Below the pieces are notes generated by a model. That model ran no database searches. It was not told where the DNA came from and saw nothing but the letters and a program-made list of their open reading frames with translations. DNA of 64,000 bases, from assembly GCA_043228905.1 (NCBI GenBank), contig JBHGNT010000001.1, positions 7,006,001-7,070,000 of the forward strand, written 5' to 3'. Source of the stretch: Azolla caroliniana (lineage: Eukaryota; Plantae; Polypodiophyta). The stretch's first letter is position 1. Each line of letters starts with the position of its first letter. Both the position numbers and the translations under genes were made by a program. This document shows positions 54,160 through 64,000 of this stretch, piece by piece.

Positions 54160-55804
54160 TTATTTATTTATTTTTCATGAGCAACAGGATTATATGTAGA
54201 AAACAATACATATTGGTACCAAGATTTTGATGAAGCACCCTGCCCATGCACTTCTAATCATGAAAACATACCGTTTAATGGATTAGGACTTGATGAATTT
54301 CGATTCTATTCTGTAAACATCCAAACTAACAAACAGCCAGAGAGAAGAAGTCACGAGGGAATGGATTTTAGTGTTATTATCATCAGATTATCATCAAATT
54401 GTCATAGTTTTCCTTCTATTTCCGTCATGTTTTGTACTTTTGGTTTTTTACTAAACTCCCTAAATGGCCCTAGTGTTATCGAATTTCATTTCATCTGAGT
54501 TTCTTCAAAATAGCTGAGTTTCTTCAAAATAGTATTTGTACCTTTCTCCCTTTCACTCCACCAAAAAACAAAAAGAAAAGACGCTAAAAACGAACGTGAA
54601 GATGAGAGCGAGAGAGAGAAGGGAATGATGGCAGGATTACGAGGATCAGTAATCAAAGAGTACGGAAAATCAAAAGTTGGTACGGAGGCTCCGTACAATG
54701 GGGATGACGGCTCGTCTACGTGGCGTACGGAAGGTGCACCATGGACCTAATCATTGGCTACCCTGACAGCCATCAATCACAACATTTTCCTCTTTAAATA
54801 CTAGGATTAGCAACAAAAAAAAAAATATCCTCATTGAATGAAGAGATCTCTGTCTTCATTCCTCTGCCATATTTATGTTCTCTTCGATTTCCGGGTCGTA
54901 CGATGTCTGTACGGACGGAGGGGGGAGCGCTCAAAAACAATAATATACATATGAGGTCTCCTGTTTTTTTTTTAGTGTTTTTACATGAATCATGATATCT
55001 TCAATTAATTTTAATTACTCGAGATATGCCTCCTTTTCATCCCAAGCTTATTCTCGTTTTTATTCCTTTGTTCTTTTTCAATGCTGATATTTATATTGAA
55101 TCTTGATCAACCAAGCTACTCTCAAATCATTAATTATCATTCTTTTGTACACATATATATGTATACGCTTGTATATATATATATATATAATACATATATA
55201 TATATAGCACAATCTCGGAGTCAGAATTGATCCAATCTCCTCATTTCAGGAATGTAATGTGAACATTCGTTGCCTACAAACAAATCTGACTTCAATTGAA
55301 AATATCTGGTTATTCTAACTAAAATCTAAAAGCACACTGATAATGCATTGATCGGCCTCTTTCGATCCATATGGATCTATCTCAATCCCCATAGTCCGAG
55401 AAATCCATGTGAAAAACCTTGCTTGAGCATGCCACTTGTACATGCAATGATATACATATGTAAGAAGAAGCTAATTGATTTTAATACTAGGGTGTAGTTA
55501 AGTAGGGGTTTGATGAAAAGGATCATTATTAAAGTATTAGCATTCCATGGTGCAAAACAGTGATTATGATTATTAGGATTCAAATTTCAGTGGGATGGGT
55601 GACCGACCAGGTAAAAATGTGGGGGCTTTCCTAAATATGGTTGCTATTGGATTTGATTTAGCTAAAGTTAGTGGAAGAATCCAATAGGTATGTAAAAGAA
55701 TTCATGATGGCATTAATGTGTTTTGAAAGTAATCTGTATGTATATGATTGATGCTCGGGAAAAAAAAAAAGGCCACTCAAAATCATTAGCATCATCAATT
55801 CATT

Positions 55805-55874
55805 CATGTGCAGCGAGCAATCACGTGATGTCCGGCACGTGCCATTGCTTTTTAATTTAAATGTCACGTGACAT
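55805..55874. promoter_or_regulatory. G-box cluster upstream of the bHLH gene
   Basis: CACGTG at 55822, 55836 and 55865 (the last inside the 14-bp palindrome ATGTCACGTGACAT), plus CATGTG at 55805. Confidence 0.55.
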
Positions 55875-56290
55875 CCTCTCTCGCAGGCAGGCAGCCACGG
55901 CGTCTCTTCTTGTTTGGTTCCCCCCCCGCCCACCCTGGCCTGGGAAACCCCAACATGTGGGCAATTCTTGCTTCACTGATGAATTAATTCACTTTTTAAC
56001 TCATTCAATCATTTCCTCCGTGCAACTATGCATGATTGCTCGATTCATTACTCAGCATATAACCTTATGACCTTCGACCAGCATCCTTGATCGCTAGTAT
56101 AAATTGATTCTAACTTTCTCCACCCACCTGATTACCTTACAATTCATCCCTTTTCACTAATCTGGCTTCTGCTAGTTATAATTAATTTTATCCACTAATC
56201 CTCTGGGCCTAATTTTCTAATTGATCCCTGATTTCCAATTCCGAGTGTTCGATACTAGTACCCATCAATCAATCAATCAATCAATATCCA

Positions 56291-57895
56291 ATGGATTCGC
56301 AGTGTCTGGATCCGATGATTAGATCAGTGGAATTATTAACCCAATTCGGGGATTCCAATTGTCTCTCTGGTTATATGAATAATAATAATAATGATAACGC
56401 CGATGATTGTTGCTACTATCATGTGGGGCCTGCTCCTCCTGCTGCTGCTGCAACGAAATCACTGATCCGGAGTAATTACCATGAATTATCGACAACGCTG
56501 GAGGATATGATTAGCCACATCCAGTATAATCACGGTGCTACTAATGGCTATACTCATTTAAAAGACAACGATAATGACAATCGACTGTCAAGCAAGTGTG
56601 TTGTTGGAGCAGAGCCTATTGTGCAGCCACAGGTGGTGGCGAGCCTCGAAGCTTACCTGGGCGTTCTGCAGCAAAATCAGGAGAATTACACACAAATTGG
56701 CAATTACAACAACAACAACAACAACAACAACGATAACGATGAGAATGAGAATGATCATGATACGTATAGCAATAGTAATAATCGTAATAGTAATTATAAT
56801 TATTGCGATCCTAACGGTCAGTGTGAGTTGGATTCTGATGCAATTGTGGAGGCGTCCGTGGAGGTGGTTGGCCAGGGCGGCGGTGACTACTACGGGCGGC
56901 GGAATGGAGTTGTGCCGTGGAGGAGGTGTGGACATGAGCTGCCGCCTCTGACGAGTGTCCAGGCGGCGCCATCAGCAGGAGCGCCACCTAGGAAGAAGGC
57001 GGCGGCGGCGGAGCTGGAGCCATGGTTTTGGTCGCCATGGCTCACAGCCGCCCACCCTACGAGGGATTCGCGTTCTCCGCCGCCCGATGGCCCGATCCCC
57101 ATGGCCATGGCGGCCACGAATCATGAGGAGGAGGAGGAGGAGGCAGCAGCAGCAGCAGCAGCAGCATCCAGGAGCCCGAGGAGGAGGAGGAAGCGGGCGG
57201 CGCAGTCGCGCGCGGCCGCCGCCAGGAGGCGGAGGATCGGCGAGCGGCTCAAGGAGCTGCGGGAGCTGGTGCCCGGCGGGCGGCGTGTGGGCGTGGACCT
57301 CGCCACCATGCTCCACAACGCCGCCGCCTACGTCCGCTTCATGCGCGCCCAGCACCTCTGCCTGCTCCGACACCTCCGCCTGCCATCCGACGTGGCCAGG
57401 CCCGGGCCGCCGCCGTCCACGTCGCGCCCATCATCCGCCGCCGCCGCCCTCGACCTGCTCTGCCACCTCGCCTCCTCTCACCTGCTGCAAGAGCGCCTCG
57501 CCCACGCGGGCCTCTGCCTCATGACCCTGGACCATGCCAACTCTCCACTCATCTCTCTCCAATCCACTTCTAATTACCTTCTCCACCCCAACCCTAACCC
57601 TAACCCTAACCCTAACCCTAACGCTAAGCCTTCCATTAACCCTAAGCCTCACCCTAACGTAATGTACCATAGCCTTTTACACCCCACCCCTAACCCTAGT
57701 CCTAAGCCCACTCCTAACCCTAACATAATGTACCATCACATTTTACACCCCGCCCCTAACCCTAATCCTAAGCCCACGCCTAACCCTAACATAATGTACC
57801 ATCACGTTTTACATCCCACCCCTAACCCCAACATTAACCGGAAGACTTGCCCTTACCCTAACCTTAACAATATTAACTTTGCTGCATTAGTCTAA
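56291..57895 (+). CDS. bHLH transcription factor, subfamily VIIIa (BONOBO / bHLH52/53/117/138-like)
   Basis: Intronless 534-aa ORF with the bHLH QSRAAAARRRRIGERLKELRELVPGG...LATMLHNAAAYVRFMRAQ. The downstream motif LASSHLLQERLAHAGLCL resembles the 'LxSxxIQEKLxxxxxCxV' motif I recall from VIIIa proteins. Confidence 0.85.
   Translation: MDSQCLDPMIRSVELLTQFGDSNCLSGYMNNNNNDNADDCCYYHVGPAPPAAAATKSLIRSNYHELSTTLEDMISHIQYNHGATNGYTHLKDNDNDNRLSSKCVVGAEPIVQPQVVASLEAYLGVLQQNQENYTQIGNYNNNNNNNNDNDENENDHDTYSNSNNRNSNYNYCDPNGQCELDSDAIVEASVEVVGQGGGDYYGRRNGVVPWRRCGHELPPLTSVQAAPSAGAPPRKKAAAAELEPWFWSPWLTAAHPTRDSRSPPPDGPIPMAMAATNHEEEEEEAAAAAAAASRSPRRRRKRAAQSRAAAARRRRIGERLKELRELVPGGRRVGVDLATMLHNAAAYVRFMRAQHLCLLRHLRLPSDVARPGPPPSTSRPSSAAAALDLLCHLASSHLLQERLAHAGLCLMTLDHANSPLISLQSTSNYLLHPNPNPNPNPNPNAKPSINPKPHPNVMYHSLLHPTPNPSPKPTPNPNIMYHHILHPAPNPNPKPTPNPNIMYHHVLHPTPNPNINRKTCPYPNLNNINFAALV
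57585..57835 (+). repeat. (CCCTAA)n tract followed by three ~66-bp coding tandem repeats
   Basis: Encodes PNPNPNPN and three PNPNIMYHxxLHPxPNPNPKPT-like units. Confidence 0.9.
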
Positions 57896-58979
57896 TGTAA
57901 TGTTTCCAGATTGAACGCGGTATGATTAACTCATTGATACCCATAATTACTTAGTCCCTCATTTTCCCATTATAATCATTTTAATCATTCCTAAGCTGCC
58001 CTTATATATATATCTTATCATCATTGTTAAATTTGCGATTATTTTCGTTATGTTCAGTATTATTATTATGATCATAAGAAACTATCTCCATTTGTAATTG
58101 AATGAGTAACGACTATTATTGCTATTATGGCAACGTTACAAATATATTAATGCAATGCGCAATTGAAGATAAAAATTCGGCTACACTAAAACCATCCACA
58201 CTAGAATTTTAAAATGCCTATTTTTTTCTCCGTAGCATCTAAAAAAGGCTATAATTAATCCAATATATGTAGTGATTTTCCACCACCACCACCACCCTAG
58301 TTATGCCAAAATAGTAGTTAGTAGTAGTGGTAAATATTGATCACTAATCTTGGTCATGATTTCTTATAGTTGTGTGTTATCGTAATTCAATTTATTATTC
58401 TACTTCCCAAAGGCTCCACACATTGGGCTAATGTAAAAGTTTGGTAATTACTAGTGTTATACTTGTAGGTTCCTTATGACTCTCGAGTCATGTCACATGT
58501 ATGCTTCATATACGCGAGATTTTCAAAACCAACTACAAAAAACAAATTAACATAGTGGTATGGTATGCTCACTACTTGCATTGTGGATCTAGTCGATGAC
58601 ATGCTCTGTATTCATATTGGGACATTCAATGACTCTCTTAATTATTTCATCAACCATGTCTCATTCGACGTCTTGTTTGAAGATATGGTTCTAGTACAAG
58701 GAAATGCATGGCACAACACTATGAGACATCTTCGAGTGGGTCATTGATACATAGTTATGCTATAATGAATACATGGCACAACATTGTGTGGCTTTAGGAT
58801 AAAATGTGGTCATCCCCCAAGTCAAAAATCAAACTTAAATGGACTGATACCACGTATGGGGAGATTTAAGGTTCTTACAGTAATGAAACTTTCATACCTC
58901 GTCCCGACTCCATAATATTTGCATTGATCACTAAACACTAACGGATATGTTGTTGGCACTTGGCCTACTTCCACCTAAT

Positions 58980-59235
58980 CCACGGAGCTTTAAGGGGAGT
59001 GAAAGAAAGAAAGCTCGTTCTTCACGTGAAAATATTGAATTCCCACGGTTGAGCTTGAAGGAGTGTATTGGGATAACAAGCTCAACCTTGCACACTCCTT
59101 AGGGTACCTTACACACTCCATGGAGCTTGAGGGGGAATGAACAAAAGAAAGCTCTTTTTGCGCCTAAAAATAATATGTCATAGTCGAGCTTGAAAGAGTG
59201 TATTGAGATAACAACCTCAACCTTACACACTCTTT
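58980..59235. repeat. Diverged ~135-bp tandem duplication
   Basis: ca(c/t)ggagctt..gggg..aagaaagctc...gagcttgaa.gagtgtattg.gataacaa.ctcaacctt.cacactc occurs twice. Confidence 0.75.
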
Positions 59236-59761
59236 TGACTTAACGAAGAAGAGATTTTGTTCCATTGAATGAAGTGGATACCTTAGATATCCCATTCACT
59301 CATCCATCATTGCTAAAGTGTTCATGATTGTTGCATGTAATTGCATAGAATCACTATATGAACCACACCCTCTCTCTTGTATAAAGTGTTGATTGTAGGT
59401 TGGCTATCCTTCAATATTTATAGTCGGTTTACAATTGGTTTCATTTGTAACGTCATTGTATTATAATCATTCGCCATTTTTCTTAATACATTTTCTTGAT
59501 GAATTTAGAGAGGGAGAGAGATGGAGACCGAAATTCCATGTGTTCAACCCCTACATTCCATTGTGGCATCTAGTAAATTAAGATGGTAGGAGTAATAGAG
59601 AACCACTCTGGTAAACTAATTACAAAGAAAAAAGATAGAGATGGAGAGATCCATGGAAGTTCAATTGCGATCTATGAGACAATGCCAAGCCCGTGGCAAG
59701 AATGAAACTTGAGTAAAGAGAGAAAACAAACATTTTTAACTTCCATGGAAGACCAATTATG

Positions 59762-59850
59762 ATATATGAGAGGGGGCCTCGCCCATGGTGAGAATCAAAC
59801 TTGGGTTCTCTCAAAATTATGACTTCAATGCTATAGTGTAAAGCACATAA
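59762..59850 (-). mobile_element. tRNA-derived SINE-like repeat, family A
   Basis: Reverse complement reads gaagtcataattttgagagaacccaagtttgattctcaccatggg, shared with the copies at 47640-47680 and 54094-54159. Confidence 0.55.
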
Positions 59851-59900
59851 ACGAGTAGAGCAAGAGAGACAAAGACAAAGGATAGAGGAGGAGAGGCCTA

Positions 59901-59995
59901 GATGGTTGTAGCTCAATTGGTAAGGTTGTTCGATGGAGACCAAAATGTTATGTGTTTAACCCCCTACATCACACAATGGCATCTAGTAAGTTAAG
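59901..59995 (+). mobile_element. tRNA-derived SINE-like repeat, family B
   Basis: D-arm/A-box TAGCTCAATTGG at 59909-59920 and a degenerate B-box gtgtttaacccc. A 5'-truncated copy lies at 59521-59582 and an antisense copy at ~24715-24760. Confidence 0.6.
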
Positions 59996-60276
59996 AACCT
60001 ATCGCTACAGGGGTTGACTTTATGTCAATTAGTATCACAAGTTCACAACACCATAGTGGGTTTTACCGTGCCATAAGAACCTTGCGACCATTGGAGTAGT
60101 TAAGGTAGCAAGGTTGTTTGAATTGACATGTGTTAGTACGCACATACTTTTTACGGACAAGGACGAAGATGAAGAGAGCATGCACTACTACTAAGGAGTA
60201 TGTGATGTTAGGTCCCTCGGACACGGACAACGTCGGTAAAAACATACGAAGCCTTGCCATGGACACGATGAGAGTT

Positions 60277-60318
<42 letters not shown>

Positions 60319-60573
60319 ATATATGTATAGTTATAAGTTATAAGTTATAAGTTATTATACATAATGAAACTCAATCCTATGAGGATGGGGGGTGCCTTAT
60401 CTTATACATACAACAAGTATACAGATTTACATACATATATGTATGTATGTATATGTTACACAGGGAAAGAGAGAGAGAGAGACACACACACACACAGGAC
60501 AGGGTTAGAGAGGGAGAGGGAGAGGGAGAGGGAGACAGAGTATCAGAGGGTTGGGTTAGGTATACGCAGGTTG

Positions 60574-61620
60574 ATGGCTACCACAATGCTCCTCAACCTT
60601 CCATCACCATCACCATCACCATCCTCATCATCAACATTCTCTAATCCCATTCGCAGACACATCAATATCATCACACCCCCTCCTCATCGCAATCAGTGTA
60701 TCCTCCCATCGCACGCTGGCAAGAATGTTGGAACTACATTTCCACCTCAGTACAGGGATCATGCTGCTGATAATGATAACGATGGAGTAGTGCAGGTTTT
60801 CCATCCATCCATCGTCATCATTGCATCATTTTACCTCACCTTCAGTTTTCTCATTTTAAAAGGATATAAGAATCACATTCATATGCATACTCATAGACGA
60901 GAGATAGGTCACAAATTTGATGTCTCCATGGTATAGGTTATGCGACACAAATCTATCTCCGTAAAAAAAAACTTATTTCAATGTTGGGGCTTACCACATG
61001 GAAGGTTCAATATAGCATTGTGGATTGTATCTACAAATTGACATGTATTTTTTTTTTATGTAATACACTCAAATGCTTTCCTTTTTTGATGTTCAACATG
61101 ATGATGGTAGTGTGAAACACATATCATGAAGCTGAACAGGTTCCTACCTATACACTGCTGTAGACAAAAAGGGTTTCTTTAGGCTAAACTGATATGGAGA
61201 CTAGCATGTATGCAATGGTTTTTTTTATGCTCAGTATGGTAAATTGTGAATTATATCTGCTAATTGAAAGGCTCTTACTATATGGTAGACATGCAAATTA
61301 TTACTTCTTTATCCTCTGCATTGTAAGGCAGTTTTATAAAATTAGGATTTCCCTTGGATTTTCAACACTGCATGAAATGGTTTGTTTTCCATCTAGTGCT
61401 ACAAATATGGGACATAAATGTCCTGCAAATTGCAACATGGCACCGTTCACCTGATGTAATGTATTTTATAGCAGATTATGCTAATATTTCTGAATTTTTT
61501 CAAATGTCTCAAGGTGTAACCTACCTAAAAATAGGATAAATTGTTGAGAAACAGCGATAGATACTCTTTTTGTTGATGTGAGTGGCATAAAAATAAATAA
61601 GAACATGAGTGTCAGCAACA

Positions 61621-61663
<43 letters not shown>

Positions 61664-61666
61664 TAG

Positions 61667-61741
<75 letters not shown>

Positions 61742-63916
61742 TTGTGACATTTATGTGCAGGCCACATGGAGCTCTAACATTGGAACAGTGTTGATGATTG
61801 GATTAACCGCGTTTCAAATGTCTGCACCATTTTCTTTGGAGAATGGCAATTTAAATTGGCATTTAGGAATAGCTGAAGCAGTGTTGTACTCCCCAGATAC
61901 CAAAGTTCCTAGAAATGCAGAAGTGGCACTTAGGAGGGCTATTCCAGCTGTGAACCCAGCTACAAAAAGTATACAGGTATTTATCTCATTAACTCAGTTC
62001 ATTTATGTCATTGGATGTATCATTTTGATCCCATATAACACATTGGCATTGCTAAAAAATGTGAATGTATATCTTTCTTTCCTTGCGACATATGAAGTCC
62101 ATTGCTTATTTGTGTAGGATTCTCTTGAAGATCTATTTTATTTGCTTCGAATACCTCAGAGGAAACCATTTGGCACCATGGAAAGTGATGTTAGGAAAGC
62201 TTTAAAGGTGAAGTTGCGACTTCTATTTTAGGGTATGCAACTCTTGTATATATAGCTAATTAACTTTGGGATTGGATTATCAACTGTTTTGTATATATAG
62301 CCATGATTATTATAGTGCATATCTTGTTGTGGTGGATATTTGAAAATGTTGAATCAAGCTAACATTTCCTCTTTGCCTCCAACTCCAAGGAAACCAACAA
62401 ACCAATTTTATATTAAAAAACATTGTTAGTAAATTGTTGCATATTTGACCTTTGCACGCTGATACCCAGCTTATATTGTTATTGTAGTAATACTTTATTC
62501 TATCGCCGGAAAACTTCAAGGGGTGGTGAAAATCCACAGAACAATGTTTACTAGGAAATAACCAAGAGGTTGCTATCTGATGTCAGACTGGAAACATTGA
62601 AAGAATCAGACACATATTTGATATTGTGTTGAACATAACAAGCAAACATGCAAAAATGAGTGAAAGAAATAAAGCTGATTGTAAGATTCCATACTGTTAA
62701 TAAATCTCATATCTGACCCACACAAAAACATTGCCCCAATTGTGGAAGATCTTGTGGTGTAACAAAATAGTCAAGAAAAGCTTTCAGAACTTATAATTTA
62801 TCAGCAGGAATTTGTAGGTGTACAATCTAGGAAGCGATCGACTTTGTCCTAAGAAGGTGGCATTTTGTGGACTAGTCTAGAGCAGATGGAATAGAGTTTC
62901 ATCTATGATAAGAATGAATGCTATTCACAAAATTACCTTACTCAAAATTTCAAAGGTCGGAGTTCTCTATCTTTGATGCCACACAAAGCTGCTTCTAAAA
63001 TTCAGTGCTAGCATGAGAGGTTTTAAATTGTGTTCTGGATGATGAGGTTTTATGGTGCCAAGCAAAGAGGGAAAATATATTTGAATTTATGGCTTGAAGC
63101 AATCACCTTTCTTTTACTGGTATGAGAAAAGAGGACCTACATACATCTTATGTTGTGGTCAGGGAGCGCTTGTAGTTGAAATGTTTATAAAAGCACCAAT
63201 CATTTTCCAGCTGCCATTTACCTAGTGTAATTCATTATATCACGGACACTTGGCAAGTGAAGCAGATTATATTTGATCGAGACAGAAAAACTTCCGACAC
63301 TCAATAATGCAGTACTGCTTAAAAAGCTACTTACTGACTGAGAATATTTTGTTTGCACTTAGGATGTGGATGTGATCAACTAGCTCTGTATATCTACTAG
63401 ATATTGAAGATATATATGAAATTAACCATCAAACTGTCCTACAGTTAGGCTAGGTTTTCCTAGATTACTGGGATATGCCCTACCATAGAAGTCATTGGCT
63501 CCATTGGCTCCCACTATCTCCAATCAATCCTCCATGGAAGCACTAAGATTAAGAATCAATTTTCGCCATATATCTAAAGCCTTTTAGATGGTTGAAATGA
63601 GATCCATTTGTGAGCTGGTTTTGCTGTCTAGAATCCTCTTTATGGAGTACGCAATTTAACATGTACTGAAACATTTTATCTGGGAAGTGTTACACATCCA
63701 CAAACGATTTTGTACTCTTAAGTGAAGCAATGGTAGATCTCTAATCAAGTCATTCTGTAACATGAATGATGTAGTGCCTTTCTTACATTGTTGAAACTAT
63801 ACGTTAAAATCGTATGGCAGATTGCAACAGAAGAGAAGGATTCAATTTTAGCTGCTGTGCCTGATAATGAGAAAGAGCAGGGTGCAAAATTGTTGGAAGA
63901 CTTAATATCAGCCAAG
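60574..63916 (+). CDS. CYP37: Peptidyl-prolyl cis-trans isomerase CYP37, chloroplast thylakoid lumen (first 4 exons; continues beyond the window)
   Basis: join(60574..60795,61761..61976,62118..62207,63821..63916), all phase-0 GT-AG. A bipartite transit peptide ends in AEA, followed by VLYSPDTKVPRNAEVALRRAIP...DSLEDLFYLLRIPQRKPFGTMESDVRKALK-IATEEKDSILA, matching CYP37 as recalled. Confidence 0.93.
61623..61739. repeat. (AT)n(AGAT)n(AG)n compound microsatellite in CYP37 intron 1
   Basis: Directly visible. Confidence 0.95.
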
Positions 63917-64000
63917 GTAAACTCTACCTTACTTCCGTGTTGATTGAAAGATTCTATGCTTGTGCTTCAAACACTAATCTTTCTCCATAGAATTTCTCTC

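Noticed and set aside
54831-54862. Short hairpin gaatgaaga/tcttcattc starting TCATTGA, superficially like miR397
   Set aside because: The stem is only ~9 bp and there are too many mismatches to the mature miRNA.
56574-57670. Multiple alternative-frame and antisense ORFs over the bHLH
   Set aside because: Expected by-products of very high GC content and triplet repeats.
59901-59975. Possible tRNA gene (TAGCTCAATTGG D-arm)
   Set aside because: The T-loop and acceptor stem are degenerate and dispersed copies exist, so it was treated as SINE-like.

Overview
AT-rich, microsatellite-rich eukaryotic nuclear DNA from a land plant. It is most likely a leptosporangiate fern, judged from the style of its PLS-class PPR repeats; the high gene density would fit a small-genome water fern (inference). 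I reconstructed nine protein-coding loci, mostly by joining GT-AG exons by hand: a plant PHD-type zinc-finger protein (+, 2 exons), a plastid-type 13-lipoxygenase (-, 8 exons), an orphan ORF with an E2F/CHR-like promoter (+), a PLS-E PPR gene (+), an A20/AN1 stress-associated protein (+), the SUMO E3 ligase MMS21/HPY2 (-, 7 exons, absent from the ORF track), a second PLS-E PPR gene (+), a BONOBO-like subfamily VIIIa bHLH (+) and the 5' part of the thylakoid cyclophilin CYP37 (+). Intergenic and intronic space holds LINE remnants, a hAT-type MITE with an 8-bp TSD, solo LTRs and tRNA-derived SINE-like repeats. The strongest unusual observation concerns the second PPR gene: an upstream exon splices in frame and adds an OSB-type 'PDF' ssDNA-binding motif to an RNA-editing-type PPR-E protein.
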